From: the human T2T-CHM13v2.0 reference genome, Homo sapiens | Strand: one strand, 5' to 3' | Assembly: GCF_009914755.1 (NCBI RefSeq) | Contig: NC_060947.1 | Length of the DNA stretch: 64,000 nt | Notes under the pieces: model-generated | Seen by the model: the letters and a program-made list of their open reading frames with translations, nothing else | Database searches by the model: none | Told to the model about the DNA's origin: nothing | Translations under genes and position numbers: made by a program | Shown: positions 46,108-64,000 of the stretch, piece by piece | Numbering within the stretch: position 1 is the stretch's first letter | How the letters are laid out: every line of letters starts with the position of its first letter

Positions 46108-47230
46108 AGTCAACTAGACCTCACTGTGACCTAACCAAACCACACATCATCATGATCTAACTCAACCTGTCATCATGATCTAATCCAAGAGGACTTTATT
46201 GTGTTCTATTCAACTACCTCATGATGACATAACCCAGCTAGACCTTATCATGACCTAATCCAACTAGACCTTATCATGACCTAACCCAACTAGACCTCAT
46301 CATGATCTATCCACTAGGCCTCATCATGACCTTCCTAACTAGATCTCCTCATGATCTAACCCAATTAGACGTCATCATGACCTACCCAACTAGACGTCAA
46401 TGTGACCTGACCCAACTAGAACTCATTGAGTCTTAACCCAACTAGACTTCATCATGACCTAGCCAAACCACACATCACCATGATCTGATCCAGCTAGATC
46501 TCATCATGCTATTACTGAAGTAGACTTCATTAAGACCTAATTAAATCACACCTCATAATGATCTAACTCAACCAGTCATCCTAATCTAATCCAACAAGAT
46601 TTCATCACATTCTACTCAACTACCTCATCATGACATAGCCAAACTAAACATTATGATGAACTAATACAACTAGACTTCATCATGACCTAACCAAACTGTA
46701 CCTTACCATGATCTAATACAACCAAACCTCATCATGACTTAATACAAATAGACCTCATCATGGCCTACCCAACTAGACCTCAATGTGACCTAACTCAACT
46801 ACATTTCATCAGGACCTAACTCAACAAGACCTCATCATGACCTACCCAATTAGATCTCAAAGTGACCTAGCCCAACAAGATTTCATCATCACCTAAATAA
46901 GTCACACATCATCAAGTCTAATCCAACTAGATCTCATCATGCTGTTACTGAACTAGACTTCATTAAGACCTAATCAAACCATACCTCATAATGACCTAAC
47001 TCAACCAGTCATCATGATCTAATCGAACAAGACTTCATTACATTCTACTCAACTACTTCATCATGACATAACCAAAGGAGACGTTATCATGATCTAATAC
47101 AACTAAACTTCATCATGACCAAACCAAACTGTACCTCAGCATGATCTAACTCAACCAGACATCATCAGAACCTAATACAACTAGACTTCATCATGACCTG
47201 CCCAACTAGACCTCATCATGACCTAAACCA
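46108..47230. repeat. Second block of the same ~26-bp satellite, with a ~410-433 bp higher-order period
   Basis: tcatcatgct(a/g)ttactgaa at 46501 and 46934. Confidence 0.93.
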
Positions 47231-47864
47231 CCACAATGAGGCAAAAAAGCACAAAGAAATGGGGTGTTTTCTTCCTTTCCTAGTTTGATTAAGAATTAAA
47301 CTAATAATTAAACATTGCCTAGCTAAATTAAGAATTAAGAAGATGAAAAAGATCATTGCACTGGAGGAGACAAAAGATCAAATATAACCAGTAATGGATG
47401 TGAGCCCTCCCATCTTTGTTCAACCTTGAGGGTCTCTCTTCATCCTACTCCACCATCATTGAAGCCACTAGGCTCACATCCAGCCAACCTTCAGAGAATA
47501 CCTATTGCTCTCCCTGTTCAAAAAATCAGCATCATTTTGACCCAGTCATCTCAAATATTGGCAGAAGTCTGAGATATAGAAAGTCCTGGAAAGTTTGTCA
47601 TGTTGTTAATGATACAGCAGATATCCACCTAGCATGGATGGTCAAAACCAAGGGTTGCCATCCATCACCACCTCACAGTCTCCAAGCTAAATCTCAGAAA
47701 CCCCCTGCCCTACATCTTGTCTCTAATTTACTCAGGTCCCAGGGAGATGTAAACAGATCATGGAGGTGCTCAAGTTCATAAGAAGTTCTAGAAATACACT
47801 CTCAGATGGGCACCCTCTCCCCTGGGGTCTCCTCATCTAAACCCAATCCTTTTGCATCTAGAGG

Positions 47865-48820
47865 GGGCGCAATAAACTGAATGTTTGTATCCCTCCAAAG
47901 TTCCTATGTTGAAATTCTAACATCCCCAGTGATTCTGTTGGGAGGCGGAGGCTTTGCGGGATGATTAGGTCACGAGGGTGGAGCACAATGAATGGAATTA
48001 GTACCCTTATAAAAGAGACCCCATCCAGGTTCCACCATGTGAGGACACAGGAGAAAGTGGCCATCCACAACCTAGAAGACAGACTACACCAGAATCTGAC
48101 CACACTGACCCCCTGGTCTTGGGACTTCCAGCCTTGAGAACTGTAGGACAATAAGTTTCTATGGTTTATTGTGGAAGTCAGTGTGGCGATTCCTCAGGGA
48201 TCTAGAACTAGAAATACCATTTGACCCAGCCATCCCATTACTGGGTATATACCCAAAGGATTATAAATCATGCTGCTATAAAGACACACGCACACGTATG
48301 TTTATAGCAGCACTATTCACAATAGCAAAGACTTGGAACCAACCTAAATGTCCAACAACGATAGACTGGATTAAGAAAATGTGGCACATATACACCACAG
48401 AATACTATGCAGCCATCAAAAATGATGAGTTCATGTCCTTCGTAGGGACATGGATGAAGCTGGAAACCATCATTCTCAGCAAACTATCGCAAGGACAAAA
48501 AACCAAACACCGCATGTTCTCACTCATAGGTGGGAACTGAACAATGAGAACACATGGACACAGGAAGGGGAACATCACACACCGGGGACTGTTGTGGGGT
48601 GGGGGGAGGGGGGAGGGATAGCATTAGGAGATATACCTAATGCTAAATGACGAGTTAATAGGTGCAGCGCACCAGCATGGCACATGTATACATATGTAAC
48701 AAACCTGCACGTTGTGCACATGTACCCTAAAACTTAAAGTATAATAATAAAATTTTAAAAAAAAAGTTTCTATGGTTTGCAAGGCACTCAGGCTACAGCA
48801 GCCCAAACACACCAAGACAG
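47865..48820 (+). mobile_element. MLT1A/MST-like LTR hosting the L1 insertion
   Basis: ctgaatgtttgtatccctccaaa...ggacttccagccttgagaactgt; resumes at 48764. Confidence 0.75.
48168..48763 (+). mobile_element. 5'-truncated L1PA4-like element, with an intact ORF2 C-terminal 123 codons and 3' UTR
   Basis: [29 protein letters not shown]...MFSLIGGN is the L1 ORF2p C-terminus; 15-bp TSD AAGTTTCTATGGTTT. Confidence 0.96.
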
Positions 48821-48903
48821 GAGAGTTAGGGACATGGATGAACTTGACAATTTCAAGAAATTGTCATAAAGTTTTAACTTGTCCCAGTCTATTAAGAGAA
48901 TGA

Positions 48904-50210
<1,307 letters not shown>

Positions 50211-50958
50211 TCATGTTTTGCAAAAGCCAAAAAGGCTCAAACTTAAGTGAAGGACGGAGCAAGGAGCCATGTGCGCTGACATGGACCACGCATCTCCAGG
50301 GAGACCAGAAGGCCACATGGGCTGAACATGGGGTTTCCCCATCTGAGTCAAAGACTCCTGGGGATTCCTGCATGAAATTCAGGAGGTTAGCATCAGCAAG
50401 GTTAGCATTTTCTTCTTTTGTAAATGGAGATGAGAAAACACAGAGGTGTGGGCAGCAGCCGTGCATTTGCCCCAGCAGAAACTGCCATGGAGATTTTTGG
50501 AGAGAGCTAACTCAAAGCCAAGTGGATGGCCATCGAGGCTCAGAATGCTAGCAGCTATTGAAACGCATGAGGCCCAGGACCAGAGCAGCTATTTAAACGC
50601 ATGAGTATATCACAGTTTTTATCGTATAGATGTAATGCATACAATGATGTGGAGAGTTCATTTTTTCCTTATACCTTTTATCTGCATCTCAACTTCATCG
50701 ATTCGTAACATGATGACTTTTAGCCTGTCCAATGAGCATCAACAGATGTCCAGAGGTTCAAGGCCTGGAAAGACTCTTTGCTGAGCCCTGGTCACCAGAT
50801 CAGACTCATGCTCTTATGCTTGAGCCTTTTGGGCTATCGCAAAGGCATTCAAGGCCCAGAAAAGTGTCTGTCCTGGACAGAGCTCCTCAAAGATAAGGAA
50901 GAACTGAGACAAATTCATGTTGAAATCTCCAGCCCTAAGCATTGTTTATGATCCGTGA

Positions 50959-52375
<1,417 letters not shown>

Positions 52376-52734
52376 TTAATTAAATGCAGATAGTGTCAAG
52401 AGTGGGCATAATACACATTAAGGCTTTTATTTTTCCAAGCTCATCTCCACACATCATTTAAGCTAGCTGATTTAGACTTCCCCAGGTATGCAATAGACTC
52501 TCTCCCCTCCTCCCCGCCCCCCACTCCGTCTCCATTGGCAGTAGTGGAATGGGTTAATTTGAACTGTCCTCATATTCCCAGTTGAAGGGAGACCTGAAGA
52601 GGTCACAGAGGAAGAGGAGTCAGAGATCACGATAAGCTTTTAGAGAAATTTTCAAAAAGAAGAGCAGAAATCAAACTGTGAGTGTCTATAGGTCATGGTT
52701 GCAGAAGAAACAAGTATCCCGCAACATTGTTCAG

Positions 52735-53395
52735 ATTCTGTTAGGAGCTTGTGTTTGAACAAAATTCATAAATTGAAGTCCTAAAGCCCAGGGCCTCAGA
52801 ATGTGACTGTGTTTGGAAATAAGGTCTTTAAAGTGGTGATTAAGGTAAAATGAGGTCACCAGAGTGGGCCCCGATCTAATTGAACTGGTGTCCTTATAAG
52901 GAGAGCATATGAGGACACGGACACACACAGAGGGATGACCCTGTGAGGACACAGAGAGAAACCAAGGAGAGAGGCCTCAGGAGGAACCAGCCCTGCCCAC
53001 ACCTGGATCTCAGACATCCAGCCTCCAGGACTGTGGGAAACTCAATGTCTGTTGTATATAAGCTGCCCATTCTATGGTAATTCTGTTATAGCGCCTGAAA
53101 TGGACTAAGACATCTCAGGAGAAGAGGAGATGAAAACACACAGAGGGACGACCCTGTGAGGACACAGGGAGAAGATGGTGTCTACAAGCCAAGGAGTGAG
53201 GTGTCGGGAGGAACCAGCCTTACTCACACTGTGATATTGAACCTCCAGCCTCTGGAATTGGGAGGAACCAGCCCTACTTACACTGTGATATTGAACCTCC
53301 AGCCTCTGGAATTGTGAAAAATAAATTTTGGCTTTTTAAGCAACCTCCAGTCTCCTTGAGATACTTTGTTATAACAGCCCTAGTAAAGTCATAAA
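52735..53395 (+). mobile_element. MLT1-type LTR with tandem-duplicated 3' units (same type as 17017-17855)
   Basis: gaggacacag...cctgaaatggactaagacatctc junction; 54-bp tandem duplication 53207-53314. Confidence 0.85.
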
Positions 53396-53633
53396 GATAT
53401 ATGGTTATTTTTTTCCAGTAAACCATGTGAAAGAAACACAGGATCAATATTTAAGCAGAATATATATCTACTTCCAAAAGGGTACAACAATTTTCTGTGT
53501 TTTCTAGGTTGTGAATATCACCTTCATGAGCTTTCTGGATCTGACTGAATTTTCTATATGCACATCAACATTTGCATACATGTCTGAATCAACACCTAAG
53601 TAGCTCACATTAGGTATAAGACACAACTAACTC

Positions 53634-53952
53634 TGCCAGGCGCAGTGGCTCACACCTGTAATCCTAGCACTTTGGGAGGCCACGGCAGGCGGATGGCTTG
53701 AGCTCAGGAGTTCAAGACCAGCCTGGCCAGCATATGGAAACTCTGTCTCTACTAAAAATACAAAAATTATCCAGGCGTGGTGGTGCATGTCTGTAAACCC
53801 AGCTACTCGGGAGGCTGAGGTAGGAGAATCACTTTAACCCAGGAGGTGGAGGCTGCAGTGAGCCAAGATTGCACCACTGCAGTCCAGCACGGGTTGACGG
53901 ACTGCGATCCTGTCTCAGAAAAAAAAAAAAAACCGAAAAAACAAAAAACACA
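53634..53952 (+). mobile_element. Alu ending ~20 bp from the exon 2 donor
   Basis: Full dimer. Confidence 0.92.
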
Positions 53953-53973
53953 AGTAACTGTAAAAGTCATCAC

Positions 53974-54081
53974 CTATGATAACATGCATGCCAAGTCTCG
54001 CCAGATGCTTCGCTGTAGAATAGCCAATGCCATCTGTCCCTCCCGTCACTATAGCGACACGGTCAGGTCGTGGGGGGAAAA
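53974..54081 (-). CDS. DHRSX: DHRSX coding exon 2 (108 bp, phase 1-1): (V)FPPRPDRVAIVTGGTDGIGYSTAKHLARLGMHVII
   Basis: SDR cofactor-binding TGxxxGxG motif. Polypyrimidine tract plus ttcAG acceptor (AG at 54083-54082) and TAG|GTGATG donor (GT at 53973-53972). The peptide matches human DHRSX as I know it. Confidence 0.97.
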
Positions 54082-54471
54082 CTGAAAAAGAAGAAGAGAA
54101 AATCATCAAACTAAGATTTGAAAGCAGAGCACATATTTGTAAGAATTAAGCCTCCAGAGAGGCAAGATGCCAAAGGGAGTTATGGTTCAATTATTTCTGG
54201 TTCTGTTCCTCTTGAATTCCCACAGGCTCAGGAGGCATGAATGTATTAAAGTGGATTCGCCCCCAGTAATGACAGTGCAGTAAAAAACCACCTGATAAAT
54301 CCCCTGTCATCCCCTGTGAGTCCCTGGCAGGCTCTGCAATATGCCGTCGGTGTGACCGGCAGAAAGGTCTGCAGAACGGATACCCTTTACAGAGGCGAGC
54401 AAGAATCCTGGAATAACCTCTGCTCTCAGGGCAGCACTGAGCAGGACATTTTTGTTCGTTTGCGTTGTAAA

Positions 54472-54991
54472 ATGTAGACTTTATTATGATGTAGGTATGG
54501 TGGGGCCAACAGATCAGGAGACTGCCGTTAAGCAAGTGGTTTGTTACTCACAGGTCCCAAGAGGAGGGGCGTGTTGACACCACTCAGGACCACACAGGGG
54601 CGCACCAAGTTTGGTCAGGTGGGAAGACAAAGGAGACCAGAGCTCTCACTGTGGTTTCCAAGGGAAGGAACAGGCGAGTAGGCTTACAGTTGGCTAGTGT
54701 GAATGATTTCAGCAGGCTCTGGGGCATAGGGGCTGTCCCTGACTCTCTGGTACCTGGCTTTGGGGTGGTTAGGGCAGGTGGAGAGTGACGTGGAATATGC
54801 AACCCCAATAAAGGAGATGGCTGGGGGGTGGATTCTGGATTGATGGGTTTGCATATGAAAGACAGGTTCATAGGTGGGCTCTTCACCACCTCTGGGGATT
54901 CGCTAGCTATGGGAGGGGCAGGGTCTCTAGGGTTGACAAGGCCATGAAAGTCATGCATCAGAACACAGAAAATAAAAGACTTGGTTAATAC
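54472..54991. mobile_element. ERVL-class LTR, probably MER76-like
   Basis: TG..CA ends; ggccaacagatcaggagactgcc and ttggctagtgtgaatgatttcagcaggctctgggg motifs recalled from the consensus. Confidence 0.55.
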
Positions 54992-55087
54992 AGTTTGCTT
55001 CATAGCTGCTGGTATCACACGTGCAGATAGCATCTCACTTGAATTTCTGGTTAAGACGAGTGATCCACATTTTGAGGGAGATTTGTA

Positions 55088-55682
55088 TTTCTTTTTCTTC
55101 CTTCCACTTGTCCTCCCTTCCTTCTCTCCATCTTTCCTTCCTTCCTTCCCTCTTTCCTTCCTTCCTCCTTCCTTCTCTTTTTCCTTTCTTCCTTCATTCC
55201 TTCCTTCCTTCATTCTTTCCTTCCCTCCCTCTTTCCTTCCCTCCCTCCTTCCTTCCTTCCCTCCCTCTTTCCTTTCTTCATTCCTTCCTTCCCTCCCTTT
55301 TTCCTTCCTTCCTCCTTCCTTCTTTCCTTCCTTCCTTCCCTCTTTCTTTTCTTCATTCCTTCCTTCCCTCCCTCTTTCCTTCTTTCCTTTCCTCTTTCCC
55401 TCCTTTCTTCTTTACTTCCTTGTCTCACTCCTTCTTTCTTCTTTTCCTTTTTCCTTCCCTCCCTTTCCTTCCTTTCTCCTTCCATCCTTTCCTCTTCACT
55501 TCTTTCTCTCACTTTTTCCTTCCTTCCTTCCCTTCCCTTCCTTTCCTCTTTACTTCCTTCTCTCACTCTTTCCTTCCTTCTTTCCCTCTTTCCTTCCCTC
55601 CCTCTTTCCTTTCTTTCCTCCCTCTTTCCTTCCTTTCTTCCTCCTTCCTTCTGTCCATCTTCTAACCCTTCCCTCCTTCTTT
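55088..55682. repeat. ~600 bp polypyrimidine/polypurine (CTTC/CCTT)n tract
   Basis: Visible. Confidence 0.96.
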
Positions 55683-55684
55683 TA

Positions 55685-56500
55685 TAAAATATGTGTAGAG
55701 CCCACACTCTGTGCCCAGCATACAGGGAAATGAATTAGACAAAGATAAACATGTTGTCTGCCTCAAGGACATTTGGTTCCCCTGGGAAAGATACCAACCA
55801 CTCTAAATACACAGATGTGTCTGGCAATAATGCAGAACTTTCCAGATCTCACATCTTCCAGTTATGAATGAACTTCAAAGGAAGAAGAGGAAAGGGAGAA
55901 GCAGTGATTCTGGACGGAGGGTTAGAGAACAATCTTCCAAGGAGGGGCTCCTGAGCTGATGTTGTGACGGTGAGAGCAAAAGTCTAGCAGGCCTGGGATA
56001 TTCCAGGAAGAGGAAGGCGGCTGGCTGGCTAGCTGGAGCCAAGCACATGGAAGGAGGGAAGAGAGGAGGGAAGAAGGAGTAGGGGCACCCCAGAGTTCGT
56101 GAGCTTCTCTCTGGCAGACAGGGCGTCATCACGGGGCTCTGAGCCAATCTGTGATATGTTTCACAGGAAGGAATAGATTCATGGAGAATCCACTTGAGCT
56201 GGAGGAAGACAAGGCTATCAAGGGTCTCCTGAAGCAGCTGCAGGGACTGACGGGGGAGCTCCGCCACAGTTCAGCACAGGTGGTATGAGAGGTGCTGGAT
56301 TCAGAATATGTCTCACAGGTACTGGCCACAGGGGTGCTGGTGGGAGTCAGACTTCTCGCGTTCAAAATAAAAAGAAATCACAAGACAAGGACAGAGAGGG
56401 GGACATGATGAGGCAAGAATGACTCCTTGTACTGGGGGCTGAGAAAATTCAAGGAGGGAATTTCCATGAATTCCCTTGAGAAAGAAAGACTGAGGGAAAA
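55685..56500 (-). mobile_element. L2 fragments
   Basis: gagcccacactctgtgcccagca...tgttgtctgcctcaagga; ctggattcagaatatgtct. Confidence 0.6.
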
Positions 56501-56629
56501 GTGGATTTTGCAGGCAGGTAGTCAGGAAAGTCCCTTTCTGTGAATTATTATAGGCACATATGATCTTTTTCAAGTTAGGAGATTATTTTGTTCAACATAT
56601 TTGGAATGTTCTTTATTAAAATATAAAGC

Positions 56630-57562
56630 CTAAGTGTCCACCATCAGACAATTTGATTTTTTAAAATATGGCACATATATACCATGGAATACTACACAGC
56701 CATGAAAAGGAATGATGTTGTGTCTTTTGCAGCAACACGAAGGGAACTGGAGGCCATTATCCTAAGTGAAATGGCTCAGAAACAGAAAGTCAAGTACCAC
56801 ATGTTATCCCTTATAAGCGGGAATTAAATAATGTGTACACGTCGACATAGAGCATAAAAAATAGACATCGAGGACTCAGAAGTCTCACAGGGTGGGATGG
56901 GATGAGGGATGAGAAATTACCTATTGGCTACCATGTACGTTATTTGAGTGATGGCCTCACTAACAGCCCAAACATTACCACTATGCAATATATTCATGTA
57001 ACACAAGTGTACTCATACCCACAAAATCTATAAAAATACAAAGGTAATTTAAATAGAAATAGGTTTATAAATCATTCCACTATAACGACACACACACGTA
57101 TGTTTATTGCAGCACTGTTCACAATAGTAAAGACTTGGAACCAACCCAAATGCCCATCAACGATAGACTGAATAAAGAAAATGTGGCACATGGACACCAT
57201 GGAATACTATGCAGCCATAAAAAAGGATGAGTTCATGTCCTTTGCAGGGACATGGATGAAGCTGGAAACCATCCTTCTCAGCGAACTAACACAAGAACAG
57301 AAAACCAAACACCACATGTTCTCACTCACAAGTGGGAGTTGAACAATGAGAACACATGGAAACAGGGAGGGGAACATCACACACCAGGGCCTGTCAGGAG
57401 GTGAGGGACTAGGGGAGGGAGAGCATTAGGACAAACACCTAATGTAGATGATGGGTTGATGGGTGCAGCAAACCACCATGGCACGTGTATACCTATGTAA
57501 CAAACCTGCACGTTCTGCACATGTACCCCAGAACTTAAAGTATAATAAAATAAAATAAAACA
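56630..57562 (+). mobile_element. L1MA-like 3' end (56630-57050) followed by an L1PA7/8-like 3' end (57066-57562)
   Basis: Two successive L1 3' ends, each with the ggaatacta motif and tail. Confidence 0.9.
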
Positions 57563-58228
57563 ATAAAGCCTATGCTGCTTTTCCATTTCACCTTTCCAAG
57601 TATAAAATGTTGTGTCTCCTCTCCCCCCAAAATAATTCCTATGTTGAGAACATACAATCGCCAGGGTGATGGTATCAGGAGGTGGGGCCTGTGGAGGAGG
57701 CTTCAACATATAATCTGTTATTTGTCAGCCCGTACATTTCGTTGTCAGTATTGTGCGAACAATCCTCTTGGTGTGTAAGACTTTCATTTTGTTTTTCTTG
57801 ATACACGCATGAATCGATGAAAAAGTATGTTCACTTAGAAAATTGCCGAATAAGTTTTCCATATGCTTAGGTTTTCTGGTGTATCCCTCGTAACCTGAAG
57901 ATAGAACCTGTACAATGACATTCCCGTGTTCCTGACCCAAGCTGAGGAACTTGCAAATACTATATGTAGTATCAGTAGATGAATTGATGTTCTTAATTTA
58001 CTAAGTTTATTTTAAAAATAGGAATGTATTATTAAATTGTAATTACAGACACACAGTATGCATATATACTGTGTATGTATACATGTGTGTCTGTGTGTGG
58101 GTGTGTCTGTGTGTGTACATACATATTTCTCAGCCCCAATGCCAACTTCCTAGTCAATAAAGAAATCTCTAAAATCTTCCAGCTAAACTTGGAAAAGCAG
58201 CAAGTATCCATCCTGTTCTCTGTGATGC

Positions 58229-58970
58229 TTTTTTTTTTTTTGAGCTGGGGTCTCACTACATTGCCCAGGCTGCAGTGCAGTGGTGCAATCATGGCTCGCT
58301 GAAGCCTCGACCTCCTGGACTCAAATGATCCTCCTGCCTCAGCCTCCCAAGTAGCTGGGACTACAGGTGTGAGCCACCACACTTGGCTAATTTTTTTTAC
58401 TATTTTTTTTGTAAAGATGGGGTCTTGCTGTGTTGCCCAGACCGGTCTTGATCTCCGGGGCTCAAGTCATCCTCCCACCCCGGCCTCCCAAAGAGCTGGA
58501 TTCCAGGAGTGCACCCTGTCATTTAACATGCTACTGGAGATCTTATCCAACATGGTCAGACAAATAATTACAACAGACACAAGAACGGCAGAGGGAGAGT
58601 CAAAATATACTTTGCAGATGATATGATGGTATGCCAGGAAAAAACTAACAAAATCAACATTAAATAAATCCAAGAAGAGAATTCAGGAAGGTAGTCAGAT
58701 AGAAAACTCAGAAGCAAATATCAATAGCTTCCATACATACACAAACAATTGGCAGGTTAAAAAGGTAGGGGAAGAGACAGTCCTGCTTATAATATAGAAA
58801 CAACAGCAACACTGAAATGAGACTTGGTCATCGAGAGTGTGCAAAACCTATATCAGGAAACCTAAAGACATAAAAGTAGAGTTGAGGCCATGGAAAGATG
58901 CCCTCGGGTCTCGGTGAGGATGTCATGCCACATGGTTTTGGAGGTGCCCGTGGGGTCTTCCCTGAAAACG
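58229..58970. mobile_element. AluJ (-) 58229-58515 and an old L1M ORF2 fragment (+) 58515-58970
   Basis: atttaacatgctactggagatctta; tttgcagatgatatgat (FADDM RT motif). Confidence 0.8.
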
Positions 58971-59199
58971 CACAGTGAGCCGTGATTGTGCCACTGCACC
59001 GCAGCCTGGGCAAGGTAGCGAGACCCCAGCTCAAAAAAAAAAAAAAAAAGCATCACAGATTGCAGAATGGACCCTTGCTGCATTTGTAACTTTAGCTAGA
59101 AGAGTTTAGTGTTTTCCTTACGGACCAGGAAGCTGGCATTGGGGCTGAGAAGTATGTATGTACCCACACAGACACCCCCGCACACAACAGGTTGCAACA

Positions 59200-59505
59200 A
59201 TCGCCTGACACCAGCCACCCGGTGCCTCTGCAGATGGGGAACATGTTTCGCAAGATCGGGCTTCCTCAGGGTTTTGGGTTTTCACAGCCAATGACTCGGC
59301 ATGACCAGAGAACTGGCTGGACGCTCCTTCTACCCAATTCCTCGCCGTCTCTTTCTTCACAGGTGTGAGGCACCTACACCATCACCTGCAAGCCTTCCTC
59401 CACTCTTCTGCCAGCGCCTGTTTGACCCTTCACACACAGTTCCCCTAGTAAATCTCTGGCCCATCATGTTCCTTCTTGGTGTGTGCTTCTCCAAAGACCC
59501 AAACG
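59200..59505 (+). mobile_element. LTR16-like ERVL LTR 3' part
   Basis: taaatctct...tcttggtgtgtgcttctccaaagacccaaac end. Confidence 0.6.
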
Positions 59506-61028
<1,523 letters not shown>

Positions 61029-61034
61029 CTAAAC

Positions 61035-64000
<2,966 letters not shown>

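Noticed and set aside
42465-47230. CRISPR-like appearance of regularly spaced short repeats
   Set aside because: Units are contiguous and degenerate with no unique spacers, there are no cas genes, and the context is a primate intron
48169-48540. 123-aa ORF with real protein similarity
   Set aside because: C-terminal remnant of L1 ORF2p in a 5'-truncated insertion, not a host gene
53915-54109. ORF-track 64-aa ORF treated as a complete small gene
   Set aside because: Only 53974-54081 is exon; the ends are intronic read-through
54584-55733. 200-250 aa Phe/Ser/Leu/Pro and Glu/Arg/Lys/Gly ORFs
   Set aside because: Low-complexity CT/GA tract

Overview
Human-like primate genomic DNA from the pseudoautosomal gene DHRSX (X/Y PAR1), transcribed on the minus strand. 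Only two coding exons are present: exon 2 (53974-54081, Rossmann TGGTDGIG motif) and exon 3 (37519-37587). Exon numbering is from my knowledge of the gene. The rest is intron, containing roughly 55 Alu copies or fragments, L1/L2 fragments, solo LTRs (THE1/MST, MLT1, MLT2A, LTR15-like, LTR22, LTR16-like), DNA transposons and many tandem repeats. Nearly all ORFs in the track are repeat artefacts. I found no CRISPR array, RNA gene or novel protein system. The most notable signals are: (1) a solo ERV1 LTR with heavy G-to-A hypermutation (APOBEC3-like); (2) a young L1 3' end with clustered, strand-specific A-to-G changes (ADAR-like); (3) a ~4 kb, three-block ~26-bp satellite with higher-order structure in intron 2; (4) many short local templated duplications and inversions that look like double-strand-break repair scars; (5) sense-oriented LTRs that could truncate or re-initiate DHRSX transcripts. 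Repeat subfamily names come from remembered consensus sequences, and repeat boundaries are approximate.
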